From IMG/VR virus record IMGVR_UViG_3300035235_000742: 20,000 nt of DNA; one strand, 5' to 3'. The translations under genes were made by a program, and so were the position numbers. Of this stretch, positions 1-7,688 are shown piece by piece; the first letter of the stretch is position 1; each line of letters opens with the position of its first letter. The notes beneath the pieces are model-generated. The model ran no database searches. It saw only the letters and a list, made by a program, of their open reading frames with translations, and was not told the origin of the DNA. This stretch comes from an uncultured virus (IMG/VR IMGVR_UViG_3300035235_000742) (Duplodnaviria > Heunggongvirae > Uroviricota > Caudoviricetes > Crassvirales).

Positions 1-126
1 TATTACTATAAAATCATAATCAGAGTTATAACCATACTCCCATTTTTTGAAACGATTTTGTTTCTTTAATATTTTAGGGTTAACAACATCTTCAACCTCT
101 CTCCAAAGAGTTTGCTCGTAACTCAC
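1..126 (-). CDS. Probable terminase large subunit, N-terminus only (runs off the window)
   Basis: GTG at 126 overlaps the TGA of the upstream ORF (GTGA). Open to base 1: MSYEQTLWREVEDVVNPKILKKQNRFKKWEYGYNSDYDFIVI. Resembles N-termini I recall from flavobacterial phage terminases; no ATPase motif is inside the window. Confidence 0.5.
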   Translation of the reverse strand, partial: MSYEQTLWREVEDVVNPKILKKQNRFKKWEYGYNSDYDFIVI

Positions 127-398
127 TTGCTTCTCCCTTCTGCAAATCCTTTAAAAGTTTTTTGTTCTTTAACTTCTTTAGGTTTTTCATTTAAAATATC
201 CTCTTCTATTTGTATACGAGTTAATATTTCAAAAGCATCAAATATTGCTAATTTTTTTGTTGCAGCAGCATTTTTTAATCTATCAGCGCTTACATCATCG
301 TCTGAGTCTACAATCTTTTCTTTTGCTACTTTAATTAGTTCTTCAACTGCTTTCTGCCCAGCTTGGATTATTTTCTTTTTCGTTTCCTTTATATTCAT
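123..398 (-). CDS. Putative terminase small subunit / helical phage protein
   Basis: 91 aa, helical (DRLKNAAATKKLAIFDAFEIL), translationally coupled to the downstream gene. Function inferred from position and size. Confidence 0.45.
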   Translation of the reverse strand: MNIKETKKKIIQAGQKAVEELIKVAKEKIVDSDDDVSADRLKNAAATKKLAIFDAFEILTRIQIEEDILNEKPKEVKEQKTFKGFAEGRSK

Positions 399-936
399 GG
401 GTTAAAGCTATATCATTTGATTTCATACAATAAAGTCGTTCACCATCTATAATAAACTCAAATTCAGAGTTTGGGGTAAACGTAATAAGTGTTCCAGGAG
501 TGATTCCTAGCGCTTCTAAGGTATTGTTAGTATATTTCACTATACCAACGTTAGGTTGTTCTTTTCTATTACTTAAAAAGCTTTGGTTTTTAATTGGTTT
601 TATAAAGCAGTAGTCTAAATGAGGTTTAGTATTATACATATAAATTTGCTCAGGAGCGCAGAAGTATAGATTGTCTTTAAAAAAAGTACCACTATTTTTT
701 TCAACTCCTCTAACGTCATAATATCTTCTTAAAATATTATGATGAATATAAACTTCATCACCAACTTTGATTTTTGTTTTATAAGCAGCTGGAGCTGAAA
801 CTACAACTGCTTTTTTACTTACAAAAATATGATTTTCTATACTTGAATTAATAATTAATTCTTTATCACCAACCGATTTGATATTTTCATATCTTTTATC
901 TAGTGGTTTAATGATAAAATGATATATACTATTCAT
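343..936 (-). CDS. Tandem two-domain GroES-like (co-chaperonin fold) protein
   Basis: Two GroES-like halves: FIIKP...AVVVS...IKVGDEVY and FIKP...GIV...ITPGTLITF...IDGERLYCMKSNDI. KVGDEVY matches KKGDEVY in the phage GroES. Confidence 0.6.
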   Translation of the reverse strand: MNSIYHFIIKPLDKRYENIKSVGDKELIINSSIENHIFVSKKAVVVSAPAAYKTKIKVGDEVYIHHNILRRYYDVRGVEKNSGTFFKDNLYFCAPEQIYMYNTKPHLDYCFIKPIKNQSFLSNRKEQPNVGIVKYTNNTLEALGITPGTLITFTPNSEFEFIIDGERLYCMKSNDIALTHEYKGNEKENNPSWAESS

Positions 937-1163
937 TAATACTTAAGATCGTACTCTACAGAAACCGCCATGTTAGAATTAAACTTTTTCCAAGGCAAGA
1001 CTTCATCATTTTTAGTTATATATATATTATACGATTTATCTTTATCTTTAAAAAGAATATCACTAATTACATGACCACCATAGACTTCTTGTCCAGTGGA
1101 ATAATGCATGGCTTCGTTTTTATAGTCAGCCCCTATACTAATCTTTCTTATTACCTTCGACAT
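936..1163 (-). CDS. Hypothetical phage protein (small beta-rich)
   Basis: 75-aa ORF coupled to its neighbours; IRKISIG-DYKN-AMHY-GQ. Confidence 0.75.
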   Translation of the reverse strand: MSKVIRKISIGADYKNEAMHYSTGQEVYGGHVISDILFKDKDKSYNIYITKNDEVLPWKKFNSNMAVSVEYDLKY

Positions 1164-1386
1164 CAGATTCCATTTGAGTATATTCGCCTGTCTCTATGTC
1201 TACATTAATAGATCCATATTGTGTTTCAAGCACTTCTTTGTAGTCTCTTATATCTTTATTAACAACAGCAATTTCATGAAGCAATCCATGTTTTTGCGTT
1301 TCTAACAAGCCTATTTCATTGACTAATTTACTAAGATCTTTTTGCTGCTCTTTAATTAGCTTTAATTCTTCTTCTTTAATTTTCAT
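1138..1386 (-). CDS. Coiled-coil protein, paralogue of 1392-1637
   Basis: Heptad-like helices, EIG turn, C-terminal YGSINVDIETGE. Confidence 0.75.
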   Translation of the reverse strand: MKIKEEELKLIKEQQKDLSKLVNEIGLLETQKHGLLHEIAVVNKDIRDYKEVLETQYGSINVDIETGEYTQMESDVEGNKKD

Positions 1387-1391
1387 TTTAT

Positions 1392-1637
1392 TTAATTTAA
1401 TTCTGAAATTTCACCTGTGTTTATGTTTATATTAACACTACCATACTTTTTCTCTAACGCGTCTCTAACTATAACTTCTTCAGATTTAGCATTTTTAAGT
1501 AACTCTACGTATTCTAGTTTAGTTACTTCCATTGATCCTATTTCTTGAGTTATATTGGTTACTCTTCTAGTTATTTCAGAAACTTCTTCTAGTTCTTTTT
1601 TTGTTACTTTTTTTGCTTTTGATTTTGCTTTTGCCAT
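1392..1637 (-). CDS. Coiled-coil protein, paralogue of 1138-1386
   Basis: Heptad-like helices, EIG turn, C-terminal YGSVNININTGE. Confidence 0.75.
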   Translation of the reverse strand: MAKAKSKAKKVTKKELEEVSEITRRVTNITQEIGSMEVTKLEYVELLKNAKSEEVIVRDALEKKYGSVNININTGEISELN

Positions 1638-1680
1638 TTGATTTGATTTTATTGATTTTATTTGATTTTATTATTTATTA
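1638..1680 (-). repeat. A-rich AAAT(C/A) short repeats in a translation-initiation region
   Basis: Minus strand reads TAATAAATAATAAAATCAAATAAAATCAATAAAATCAAATCAA directly before the ATG at 1637. Confidence 0.6.
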
Positions 1681-1682
1681 AT

Positions 1683-2420
1683 TTATGGTGTGAGTGGTGA
1701 GTAGGTAGCAGTACTATTTAATGTTGCTGTGTCACCTCCTGAGCCTGAATCATTTCCATTATTTTCAAATCTCCACCAATTAACTGGATTTAAACTTGAA
1801 ACGTCTCCTGGAGTTCCATTATTCCAAATGCTATCAATTTGAGGATCAGACAAATCATAATTAAACAAAGCAAGTTCATCAATGTTGCCATTCACTCCAA
1901 GTCCAGTAAATCCAGGAAGATTTCCAATTGTAGCAGCGCCTGATGGATAACTGCCTGGGTCAGTTGCTGCTCCGGCATTGTCTAATTGACCATTTATAAA
2001 CAAGCTTAAAGCTCCTGATGATTTTCTAAGTAAAACATGAATCCAAGAGCCAGTATTTATTGTTGTATTAGATTTGTATTCAGCTACATTTCCACTACTA
2101 TCAGTATATCCGTAAACAAGATTTGTTGTACCTGAAATTTCCGAAAACATAAAATAAGGCGTAAATGCTGGAGCTTGAGCTGGGTAATAGATAGCACTAT
2201 AACCAGATGATGTCGTTAATTTTACCCATGCTGACCAAGTAAAACTTGCCCCCCAACCGCTTTGGTTTGTAGTAGCTATGCTATTTGATCCATTAAGCAG
2301 CAAACTTTTTGTGTTAGGAAAAGGTGGTGGAGGAGGTGGAGGAGGTGGAGGTGTTCCTCCACCCTTTTGACCTGGTAAATCACTTATTTTAGAGGTAGTT
2401 AACCCCATGCCCATGCTCAT
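1683..2420 (-). CDS. LamG/concanavalin-A-like lectin-domain virion fibre (head-spike fibre candidate)
   Basis: N-terminal MSMGMGL, 10-proline linker, then LamG signature: FTWSAWVK, WIHV, LFINGQL, GNIDELALFNYDLS, WWRFE. Confidence 0.8.
   Translation of the reverse strand: MSMGMGLTTSKISDLPGQKGGGTPPPPPPPPPPFPNTKSLLLNGSNSIATTNQSGWGASFTWSAWVKLTTSSGYSAIYYPAQAPAFTPYFMFSEISGTTNLVYGYTDSSGNVAEYKSNTTINTGSWIHVLLRKSSGALSLFINGQLDNAGAATDPGSYPSGAATIGNLPGFTGLGVNGNIDELALFNYDLSDPQIDSIWNNGTPGDVSSLNPVNWWRFENNGNDSGSGGDTATLNSTATYSPLTP
2322..2351 (-). repeat. Polyproline-coding CCT/CCA tract (10 Pro)
   Basis: Plus strand is a run of AGG/TGG triplets, in frame in the LamG ORF. Confidence 0.9.
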
Positions 2421-2777
2421 TTAAAATAAAGCTATTATATCATTCGCTGTAGTCGTCTGAGCTGATGTACTATCATAGCCATATATTTTAGTAGCTAGTA
2501 TAGGCAAAAAAGATCCAGCTGTTACACCTTTAAATAATACTCTATCACCACTTTCTAATTCTACATCAATATTTCCTGCATCACCTACGTATATACAAGC
2601 TCCTCTTGATATTACAACAGCTGTATCATCTGGAGGTGCTGGATATGTATAAACGAAAGCATCGGCTGCTGCCGATGGTAATGTTATAGCATTAGCTGAA
2701 TGAGCAAAAACTCTTGGTTGAGCCGCTTCATTTCCTTTTATACCAGCTATATCTATTGTTGTTGTTCCTGCTGCCAT
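2421..2777 (-). CDS. Head-spike base protein-like (RcGTA Rcc01079-like)
   Basis: IYVGDAGNIDV...GDRVLFKGVTAGSFLPI...TTANDIIAL matches my recollection of the Rcc01079 family; directly upstream of a MGMGL-initiated fibre. Confidence 0.65.
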   Translation of the reverse strand: MAAGTTTIDIAGIKGNEAAQPRVFAHSANAITLPSAAADAFVYTYPAPPDDTAVVISRGACIYVGDAGNIDVELESGDRVLFKGVTAGSFLPILATKIYGYDSTSAQTTTANDIIALF

Positions 2778-2779
2778 TT

Positions 2780-3229
2780 TTATTTATTTATTTTTGTTAT
2801 TTTTTCAGCACCACGACTTCCGAAGTATGCTACATAAACTGTTACCAGCAATGTTTTTAATAAGTTTATCCAAGCTTCATCAACTTGAAATTGTAAGTGA
2901 AAAGAATCTACAGCCATCATAAATACTGCAGATGCTGTTAAGAATATTAAAGCTAGCGGTCGTGTGTTTTTAGAAAGCCATGAATCACTTTTCATATCGC
3001 TTCTCCATCTGCTAGAAACTTCTTTCATTTCAGCTATATCTTGCTCTATAAGTTTCATAGCTTGTTCTTTATCAACTGCCTTAATCTTATTATCACTTGT
3101 TATAAGATTTTTTACTACACCTAGTGTGCCTTGATCAGGTAGTACGTCTCCAAGAGCTTGTAATACCTTAGGAGCCTTACTTGATAAAAAGGCTCCTATT
3201 TTTGTTTCTTTAAAAGTTTTCTTTTCCAT
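2780..3229 (-). CDS. Holin-like membrane protein (GTA 3TM holin-like)
   Basis: RWRSDMKSDSWLSKNTRP followed by hydrophobic segments and YFGSRGAEK, the pattern of the GTA 3TM holin family. Confidence 0.65.
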   Translation of the reverse strand: MEKKTFKETKIGAFLSSKAPKVLQALGDVLPDQGTLGVVKNLITSDNKIKAVDKEQAMKLIEQDIAEMKEVSSRWRSDMKSDSWLSKNTRPLALIFLTASAVFMMAVDSFHLQFQVDEAWINLLKTLLVTVYVAYFGSRGAEKITKINK

Positions 3230-3897
3230 TAAAATGAAGCTCTAATAATTCGATTCTCCTTAGGTGGATTTGGAACTGGTTTTTTATTTTTCATTTTTTC
3301 AAAAGCTGACATTGGGCCTCCATATATTATTTTACCAGCTTTTTTATTAAGATAATTAGCTTCTAATTGAGTCATTTCTCTTGACATTGGATCTTGACCA
3401 CCTCTTAAAGTACTTCCAACTGTAGAACTTATTTGAGTACCGTACTGTAAACCATCTCCAGCTTTATAACCATGAGTTTGCGCAAGGCCATCTAAATATG
3501 AGTAGTCTACTTCTGGCTTTGGTGGCTTAGTGTTCTCAACAACTCTATTAGAAACACTAGTAACAACTTTTGGCTGAGATTGTCTTGTGGCTTCAGCTTT
3601 AAATTCTGGAAAACTCAAATTACCATAAGCATTTTTGTCACGATTCTTATAAGCTTCTTCCATAGAAACTTTAGGTTTATCTTTAAAAGGTGTTATGGTA
3701 ACGTCTGTTTTAGTTTCTTCATTGTAACCAGTTTCAGTTGGTGTTTTAGTAACAGTAATCTTAGTATCTTCTCCTGGTCCACCTTTTTTATAATAAGTTG
3801 TTGGTTCGTTTAACACAGGCGAGTTAATTAATCCTTTCTTCTGCATAGGAGAGTAAGAACACTTATTCTTGCCTATTGGTGACATTTTAAAAGCCAT
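3229..3897 (-). CDS. Hypothetical basic, low-structure protein (possible internal virion protein)
   Basis: 222 aa, K/T/P-rich, starts MAFKMSP. Confidence 0.7.
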   Translation of the reverse strand: MAFKMSPIGKNKCSYSPMQKKGLINSPVLNEPTTYYKKGGPGEDTKITVTKTPTETGYNEETKTDVTITPFKDKPKVSMEEAYKNRDKNAYGNLSFPEFKAEATRQSQPKVVTSVSNRVVENTKPPKPEVDYSYLDGLAQTHGYKAGDGLQYGTQISSTVGSTLRGGQDPMSREMTQLEANYLNKKAGKIIYGGPMSAFEKMKNKKPVPNPPKENRIIRASF

Positions 3898-4352
3898 TAC
3901 CCTCTACTTCTTGGTCCAGCAATTGAATTTACTATATGCATTAATTTTTTCTTTTCAAACTTAGCTTCGCTTTTTTTACCATGCTTAGTGTCATAAACGG
4001 CGTTAGCGGCATAGTCTCTAGCTTCACGAGCTTCTGTTTTGTAAATAGGACCTTTTTTCATTGTTGCAGCTCTATCGTCAACCGGCATGTACTTAAGATC
4101 ATCTTTAGCTTGTTGATTCATTCTTGCTATACTCTCAGCGCCTTTTGATCCTGCATCTTTAATAGCTTTTTCGTAAGGCTTTATATTGTTTTTTAGAAAA
4201 AAGTCTGCTCCAGGGTTATCAGTGAAATATTTTAGTGTACTTGTTAATAATTTTGAATTATCAGTATTTTTTTCAATATTTATAGCATCAAGTTTACCTT
4301 GAGCTCTGTCTCTTCTTCTTTCTAATCTTTTTACTTTATTTTTTCCTGGCAT
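3897..4352 (-). CDS. Hypothetical basic protein
   Basis: 151 aa, K/R-rich, stop overlaps next start. Confidence 0.7.
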   Translation of the reverse strand: MPGKNKVKRLERRRDRAQGKLDAINIEKNTDNSKLLTSTLKYFTDNPGADFFLKNNIKPYEKAIKDAGSKGAESIARMNQQAKDDLKYMPVDDRAATMKKGPIYKTEAREARDYAANAVYDTKHGKKSEAKFEKKKLMHIVNSIAGPRSRG

Positions 4353-4362
4353 AATATTTTTT

Positions 4363-4725
4363 TTATTTATTTTCTTTTGAATAAGCTTCTTTTTCCCAAG
4401 GAAACATTTTAGACCCTTCTATAATCCACTTACCATTGTATTTTATTTTTCCGTTTTTACGTGGATACTTTTCACCATTCCACATAACATATTTGTCATT
4501 ATAATTTAATCCTTTTTTACCGTTAGACTTGTCAAATTTCTTGAACTGTTCAACATGAACTTCTTCGTGACTTATAATTTCTTCAAGTTGCTTAGGGTTT
4601 TTAACTTTGTTATTAACTGTTATAGTTCCGTTGTTATTAGCTCTTCCCAACACACCACTTTCTTCATCTACATGGTATACAGGAGTTATGTTAGTCTCGT
4701 AAGGCGCTTTTAGTTTAAATGCCAT
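4363..4725 (-). CDS. Small zincin-like metallopeptidase
   Basis: HExxH (HEEVH) after a beta segment (LGRANNNGTITVN), with distal PWEKEAY providing a candidate third-ligand Glu. Confidence 0.7.
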   Translation of the reverse strand: MAFKLKAPYETNITPVYHVDEESGVLGRANNNGTITVNNKVKNPKQLEEIISHEEVHVEQFKKFDKSNGKKGLNYNDKYVMWNGEKYPRKNGKIKYNGKWIIEGSKMFPWEKEAYSKENK

Positions 4726-4916
4726 TATTTTCTTTTACAGCCAAAGTTTTTAGCGTAATTAGCCATTTTTACTACAGCTGGCTTATATTTCTTAGTATTC
4801 TTCATTACTTTACTAGCTGCAGAACAAGTAGACTTACCTGGCATATTTTTCTTTACCCAAGCGGTAAATTTACCTTCGTTTTTTTCTTTTATTTCTGGAA
4901 ATTCTTTTTTATCCAT
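4725..4916 (-). CDS. Small basic two-Cys protein
   Basis: 63 aa, K-rich, GKFTAW...C...ANYAKNFGC. Confidence 0.75.
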   Translation of the reverse strand: MDKKEFPEIKEKNEGKFTAWVKKNMPGKSTCSAASKVMKNTKKYKPAVVKMANYAKNFGCKRK

Positions 4917-5064
4917 CTTGCTTGTTTTTGTATGGAAAATAATAGTTTAATACGTTTTGCCTATTTTTACAACCACAACCACCAGGTATAGAATCTGCTA
5001 ATTTTTTTATTCCTGTAGCTTTTGTAAACTTAGCTATTGTATCTCCTAATCCTTTTGATTCCAT
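4909..5064 (-). CDS. Small basic CGC-motif protein (not in ORF track)
   Basis: Hand translation, 51 aa: MESKGLGDTIAKFTKATGIKKLADSIPGGCGCKNRQNVLNYYFPYKNKQDG; fills the gap and overlaps the next start. Confidence 0.8.
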   Translation of the reverse strand: MESKGLGDTIAKFTKATGIKKLADSIPGGCGCKNRQNVLNYYFPYKNKQDG

Positions 5065-5076
5065 AATATTTATTTT

Positions 5077-5337
5077 TTAAAATCTTGAACAACACCATCT
5101 TTTTCTAGCAGCTCTTCCTCTTTCACCATCCCAGCTTTTTGATCTACTACAAAATGCTTTTTGTCTTTTGTAAGCCTTAGTGCCTACTTTAACATCACAT
5201 TTAGTCACGGCTGTTTTTAGCTTGCTGCCAGGGTTTTTCTTTCTATATTCTTTAACACCTTTAGCAGTCATACCAGCACCTTCTTTTGTGCTTCTAAAAT
5301 TACGACCTTTACCTTTTGTAGTTTTTCTTATTGCCAT
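5077..5337 (-). CDS. Basic Cys-containing phage protein (DUF6321-like)
   Basis: GMTAKGVKEYR.NPGSKLK...RQKAFCSR...ARKRWCC resembles DUF6321 as I recall it. Confidence 0.65.
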   Translation of the reverse strand: MAIRKTTKGKGRNFRSTKEGAGMTAKGVKEYRKKNPGSKLKTAVTKCDVKVGTKAYKRQKAFCSRSKSWDGERGRAARKRWCCSRF

Positions 5338-5477
5338 TACTTTTTCTTAATCTTCACGCAGTTATTAACCATTTTAGGTTTACCATTTTTATCTTTTTTT
5401 CCACTTGGTGATTTTTTCTTACCATCAGCTTTGTAACCTTTCCAACATTTAGGACCTTTAGTTTTTTTCTTAGCCAT
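5337..5477 (-). CDS. Small basic CWKGY...NCV-motif protein (not in ORF track)
   Basis: 46 aa: MAKKKTKGPKCWKGYKADGKKKSPSGKKDKNGKPKMVNNCVKIKKK; TAA overlaps next ATG. Confidence 0.8.
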   Translation of the reverse strand: MAKKKTKGPKCWKGYKADGKKKSPSGKKDKNGKPKMVNNCVKIKKK

Positions 5478-5480
5478 AAT

Positions 5481-5615
5481 TTACTTTTTTTTACAAGACG
5501 GATCTTTTTTATGATTATATCCCTTTGCCTCTAACTTATCATGGTCTTCTTTTTTGAAAGCCATTTTAACTTTACAGTCTTTATACATTGGGTGAGGTTT
5601 AAATTTCTTTTCCAT
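5481..5615 (-). CDS. Small basic His/Cys protein (not in ORF track)
   Basis: 44 aa: MEKKFKPHPMYKDCKVKMAFKKEDHDKLEAKGYNHKKDPSCKKK. Confidence 0.75.
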   Translation of the reverse strand: MEKKFKPHPMYKDCKVKMAFKKEDHDKLEAKGYNHKKDPSCKKK

Positions 5616-5619
5616 TATC

Positions 5620-6021
5620 TTATATTTTTCTACCTTTTTTATCTACCTTAACTTCTTTAACTATTACTTTAGGTCTCTTATTTTGTAATGCTTCTAACTG
5701 CTTGTTAAGCTCTTCTAGCTTACCATCAGCTTCTGTGCCATCTTTAATCATGCTAGCAGTTATACTAACCTCTTCTTTTAGTATATTTTGAGTTTGCTCT
5801 AGCATATCTACTTGGTCTATTAGCTGATTAATCATTTTTTCGTTCCACTCTTCTTTTAGTTCATACTCTAAACGAGATACTTCAACTGGTGGTAAAGTTT
5901 TAGCTTCTGCTATGTCTTCTTGTAAAGTATAGTACATGCCTACTACCGTAGTGGTAAACATTATTATCCCAATTACAGTTTTTATATCAATTTTAAACTC
6001 AGTGTTTTCAGATATTTTCAT
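5620..6021 (-). CDS. Single-TM coiled-coil membrane protein (spanin-like candidate)
   Basis: Start re-assigned to ATG 6021 (MKISEN), overlapping the end of the amidase. One N-terminal hydrophobic segment (TVIGIIMFTTTVVGMYY), then long coiled coil. Confidence 0.55.
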   Translation of the reverse strand: MKISENTEFKIDIKTVIGIIMFTTTVVGMYYTLQEDIAEAKTLPPVEVSRLEYELKEEWNEKMINQLIDQVDMLEQTQNILKEEVSITASMIKDGTEADGKLEELNKQLEALQNKRPKVIVKEVKVDKKGRKI

Positions 6022-6421
6022 ATTCTTTCGTCGCGTCAAATGATGGGCATGCTTTATTAGCAAACTCATTATGTGAATAAATAGTAGCAAGCGGAAACAT
6101 AGCCATTAATGTTTTAAGGACGTGTAACAAGCTTTCTTTTTGTACTTCTGTTCTAGTATCCTTTGGTGTCTTACCATCACTCTCTACACCACCGCAATAA
6201 CAAATTCCTATTGAATTTCTATTGTGCCCTTTGCAATGAGCTCCTGTTTTGTCTATATCTCTACCTTTTTTAATAGTACCATCGAGTTCTATATAAAAAT
6301 GGTAGCCTATATCTGTCCAACCCCTGCTTTCAGTATGCCACTTTTTAATAGTTTCTACAGGTATGTCTTGACCTTCTCTAGTTGCAGAGCAATGTATTAT
6401 AATTTCATTTATACTTCTCAT
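6008..6421 (-). CDS. N-acetylmuramoyl-L-alanine amidase endolysin (T7 lysozyme / Amidase_2 type)
   Basis: IIIHCSAT, DIGYHF, GAHCKGHN.NSIGIC, HNE, KACPSF: zinc ligands and catalytic residues of the T7 lysozyme family. Confidence 0.95.
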   Translation of the reverse strand: MRSINEIIIHCSATREGQDIPVETIKKWHTESRGWTDIGYHFYIELDGTIKKGRDIDKTGAHCKGHNRNSIGICYCGGVESDGKTPKDTRTEVQKESLLHVLKTLMAMFPLATIYSHNEFANKACPSFDATKEYENI

Positions 6422-6912
6422 TTTGAGTACATTTTAGTTATTGGATTTTTACTAGCAAAAGTGTTTTTAAAAGTTATAGGAGTTTGACTAAGACTATATA
6501 CATCCATGATGGTGCTAGATCCTGAACCATCAACTGGAGTGTCTACTCCTTGGTTTTGTAAATCAATTAAAGTTCCTTTTTCTAAATTTCTATTATATAT
6601 TTCTTTAGCTTCTTCGTATCTTATAGAATTTAGTTCTTTTCTTTTAGTTGTTTTAGATTGTTTGTATATTTTTTTAACTTTATTTAAAGTTTTTTTATTT
6701 TCAATACTTAAAGATTTGTTTTTCTTTAATTCTTTAGTACGTTCTATACCTTTTTTAGCTTTTTTGTTTTTATCTGCAGCTATAGATTTAGCTTTGGCTT
6801 TTTTATCGTATTTTTTTTGTTTATCAGCTTGTATTTTATCACTAGATTCTTTTATTTTAATTTTCTGATATTCTCTATAACTACCGTGTTTAGCCTTGTC
6901 GTACTCTTCCAT
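6418..6912 (-). CDS. Highly lysine-rich hypothetical protein
   Basis: 164 aa with a long K-rich helical region; stop overlaps the amidase start. Confidence 0.7.
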   Translation of the reverse strand: MEEYDKAKHGSYREYQKIKIKESSDKIQADKQKKYDKKAKAKSIAADKNKKAKKGIERTKELKKNKSLSIENKKTLNKVKKIYKQSKTTKRKELNSIRYEEAKEIYNRNLEKGTLIDLQNQGVDTPVDGSGSSTIMDVYSLSQTPITFKNTFASKNPITKMYSK

Positions 6913-6916
6913 TGAA

Positions 6917-7072
6917 TTATTTTTTCTTATGCAACAGTAACCATTTGTGTACAGTATAACCTATGGTTAAGGTTAACAATAATATTTCTAACATTGGCTC
7001 TACCCAGTTTAATGTGGCTAAAGCAAATGAAGATGCATTTAATAAATACAGCTTCAAATCTTCCATATCCAT
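6917..7072 (-). CDS. Small two-TM holin-like protein (not in ORF track)
   Basis: 51 aa: MDMEDLKLYLLNASSFALATLNWVEPMLEILLLTLTIGYTVHKWLLLHKKK; two hydrophobic segments, basic C-tail, two genes upstream of the endolysin. Confidence 0.6.
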   Translation of the reverse strand: MDMEDLKLYLLNASSFALATLNWVEPMLEILLLTLTIGYTVHKWLLLHKKK

Positions 7073-7248
7073 TATCTATTTGCGTTTAATACTGCGTTTC
7101 CTTTATAAGGTATATTATCTATTTGTCTTAATGTAGGTATAATTGTTGTGTTGTTACTTTTCATAACTCTAGTTCCTACTATAGGCTTATTGCATCCACA
7201 TTCTAATTTAACACCTGCTGGTGTTTGTTTTTCTCCGTAACTTGGCAT
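7072..7248 (-). CDS. Hypothetical protein (not in ORF track)
   Basis: 58 aa: MPSYGEKQTPAGVKLECGCNKPIVGTRVMKSNNTTIIPTLRQIDNIPYKGNAVLNANR; TAA overlaps next ATG. Confidence 0.75.
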   Translation of the reverse strand: MPSYGEKQTPAGVKLECGCNKPIVGTRVMKSNNTTIIPTLRQIDNIPYKGNAVLNANR

Positions 7249-7258
7249 AATTATTTAT

Positions 7259-7687
7259 TTATAAAGTTTTTAAATAAGCATCGAGCTCTTCTTCGTTCAT
7301 ATCTCCTTTTTCCATTGCACCTTGAATTTTACCTTTTTTAGCAAAATCTTCAGCTATTTCATTCCCCATGCTCATACTTTCATCCAAAACTAATCTTGGC
7401 TGTGCGTAGTTTAAAGCTGGTGATCCAGTTTTTTTAATAGGCAAGTTTTTAGCTATTGAACCAAATTTAGCAGTCATAGTTCCTTGAGATGCTGAGATTT
7501 TGTTTGGATCCATAGGATAACTAGAGGCAATTGTCGTCATATCGTTTACTGACCTATTTGGCACGCCAGCTCTGTTTGGCATAGGCTCATTGTTATACAT
7601 TAATTCACCAGTCACAGGGTGCGTAGAGGGTATTTGTTTATCTTGACTCACCATACCCATATTAGCTGGGGTTTTATATTCATTCAT
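7259..7687 (-). CDS. Hypothetical Met/Pro-rich low-structure protein
   Basis: Start re-assigned to ATG 7687 (MNEYKTP), 1 nt past the upstream stop; the track start at 7714 is an alternative. Confidence 0.7.
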   Translation of the reverse strand: MNEYKTPANMGMVSQDKQIPSTHPVTGELMYNNEPMPNRAGVPNRSVNDMTTIASSYPMDPNKISASQGTMTAKFGSIAKNLPIKKTGSPALNYAQPRLVLDESMSMGNEIAEDFAKKGKIQGAMEKGDMNEEELDAYLKTL

Positions 7688-7688
7688 A

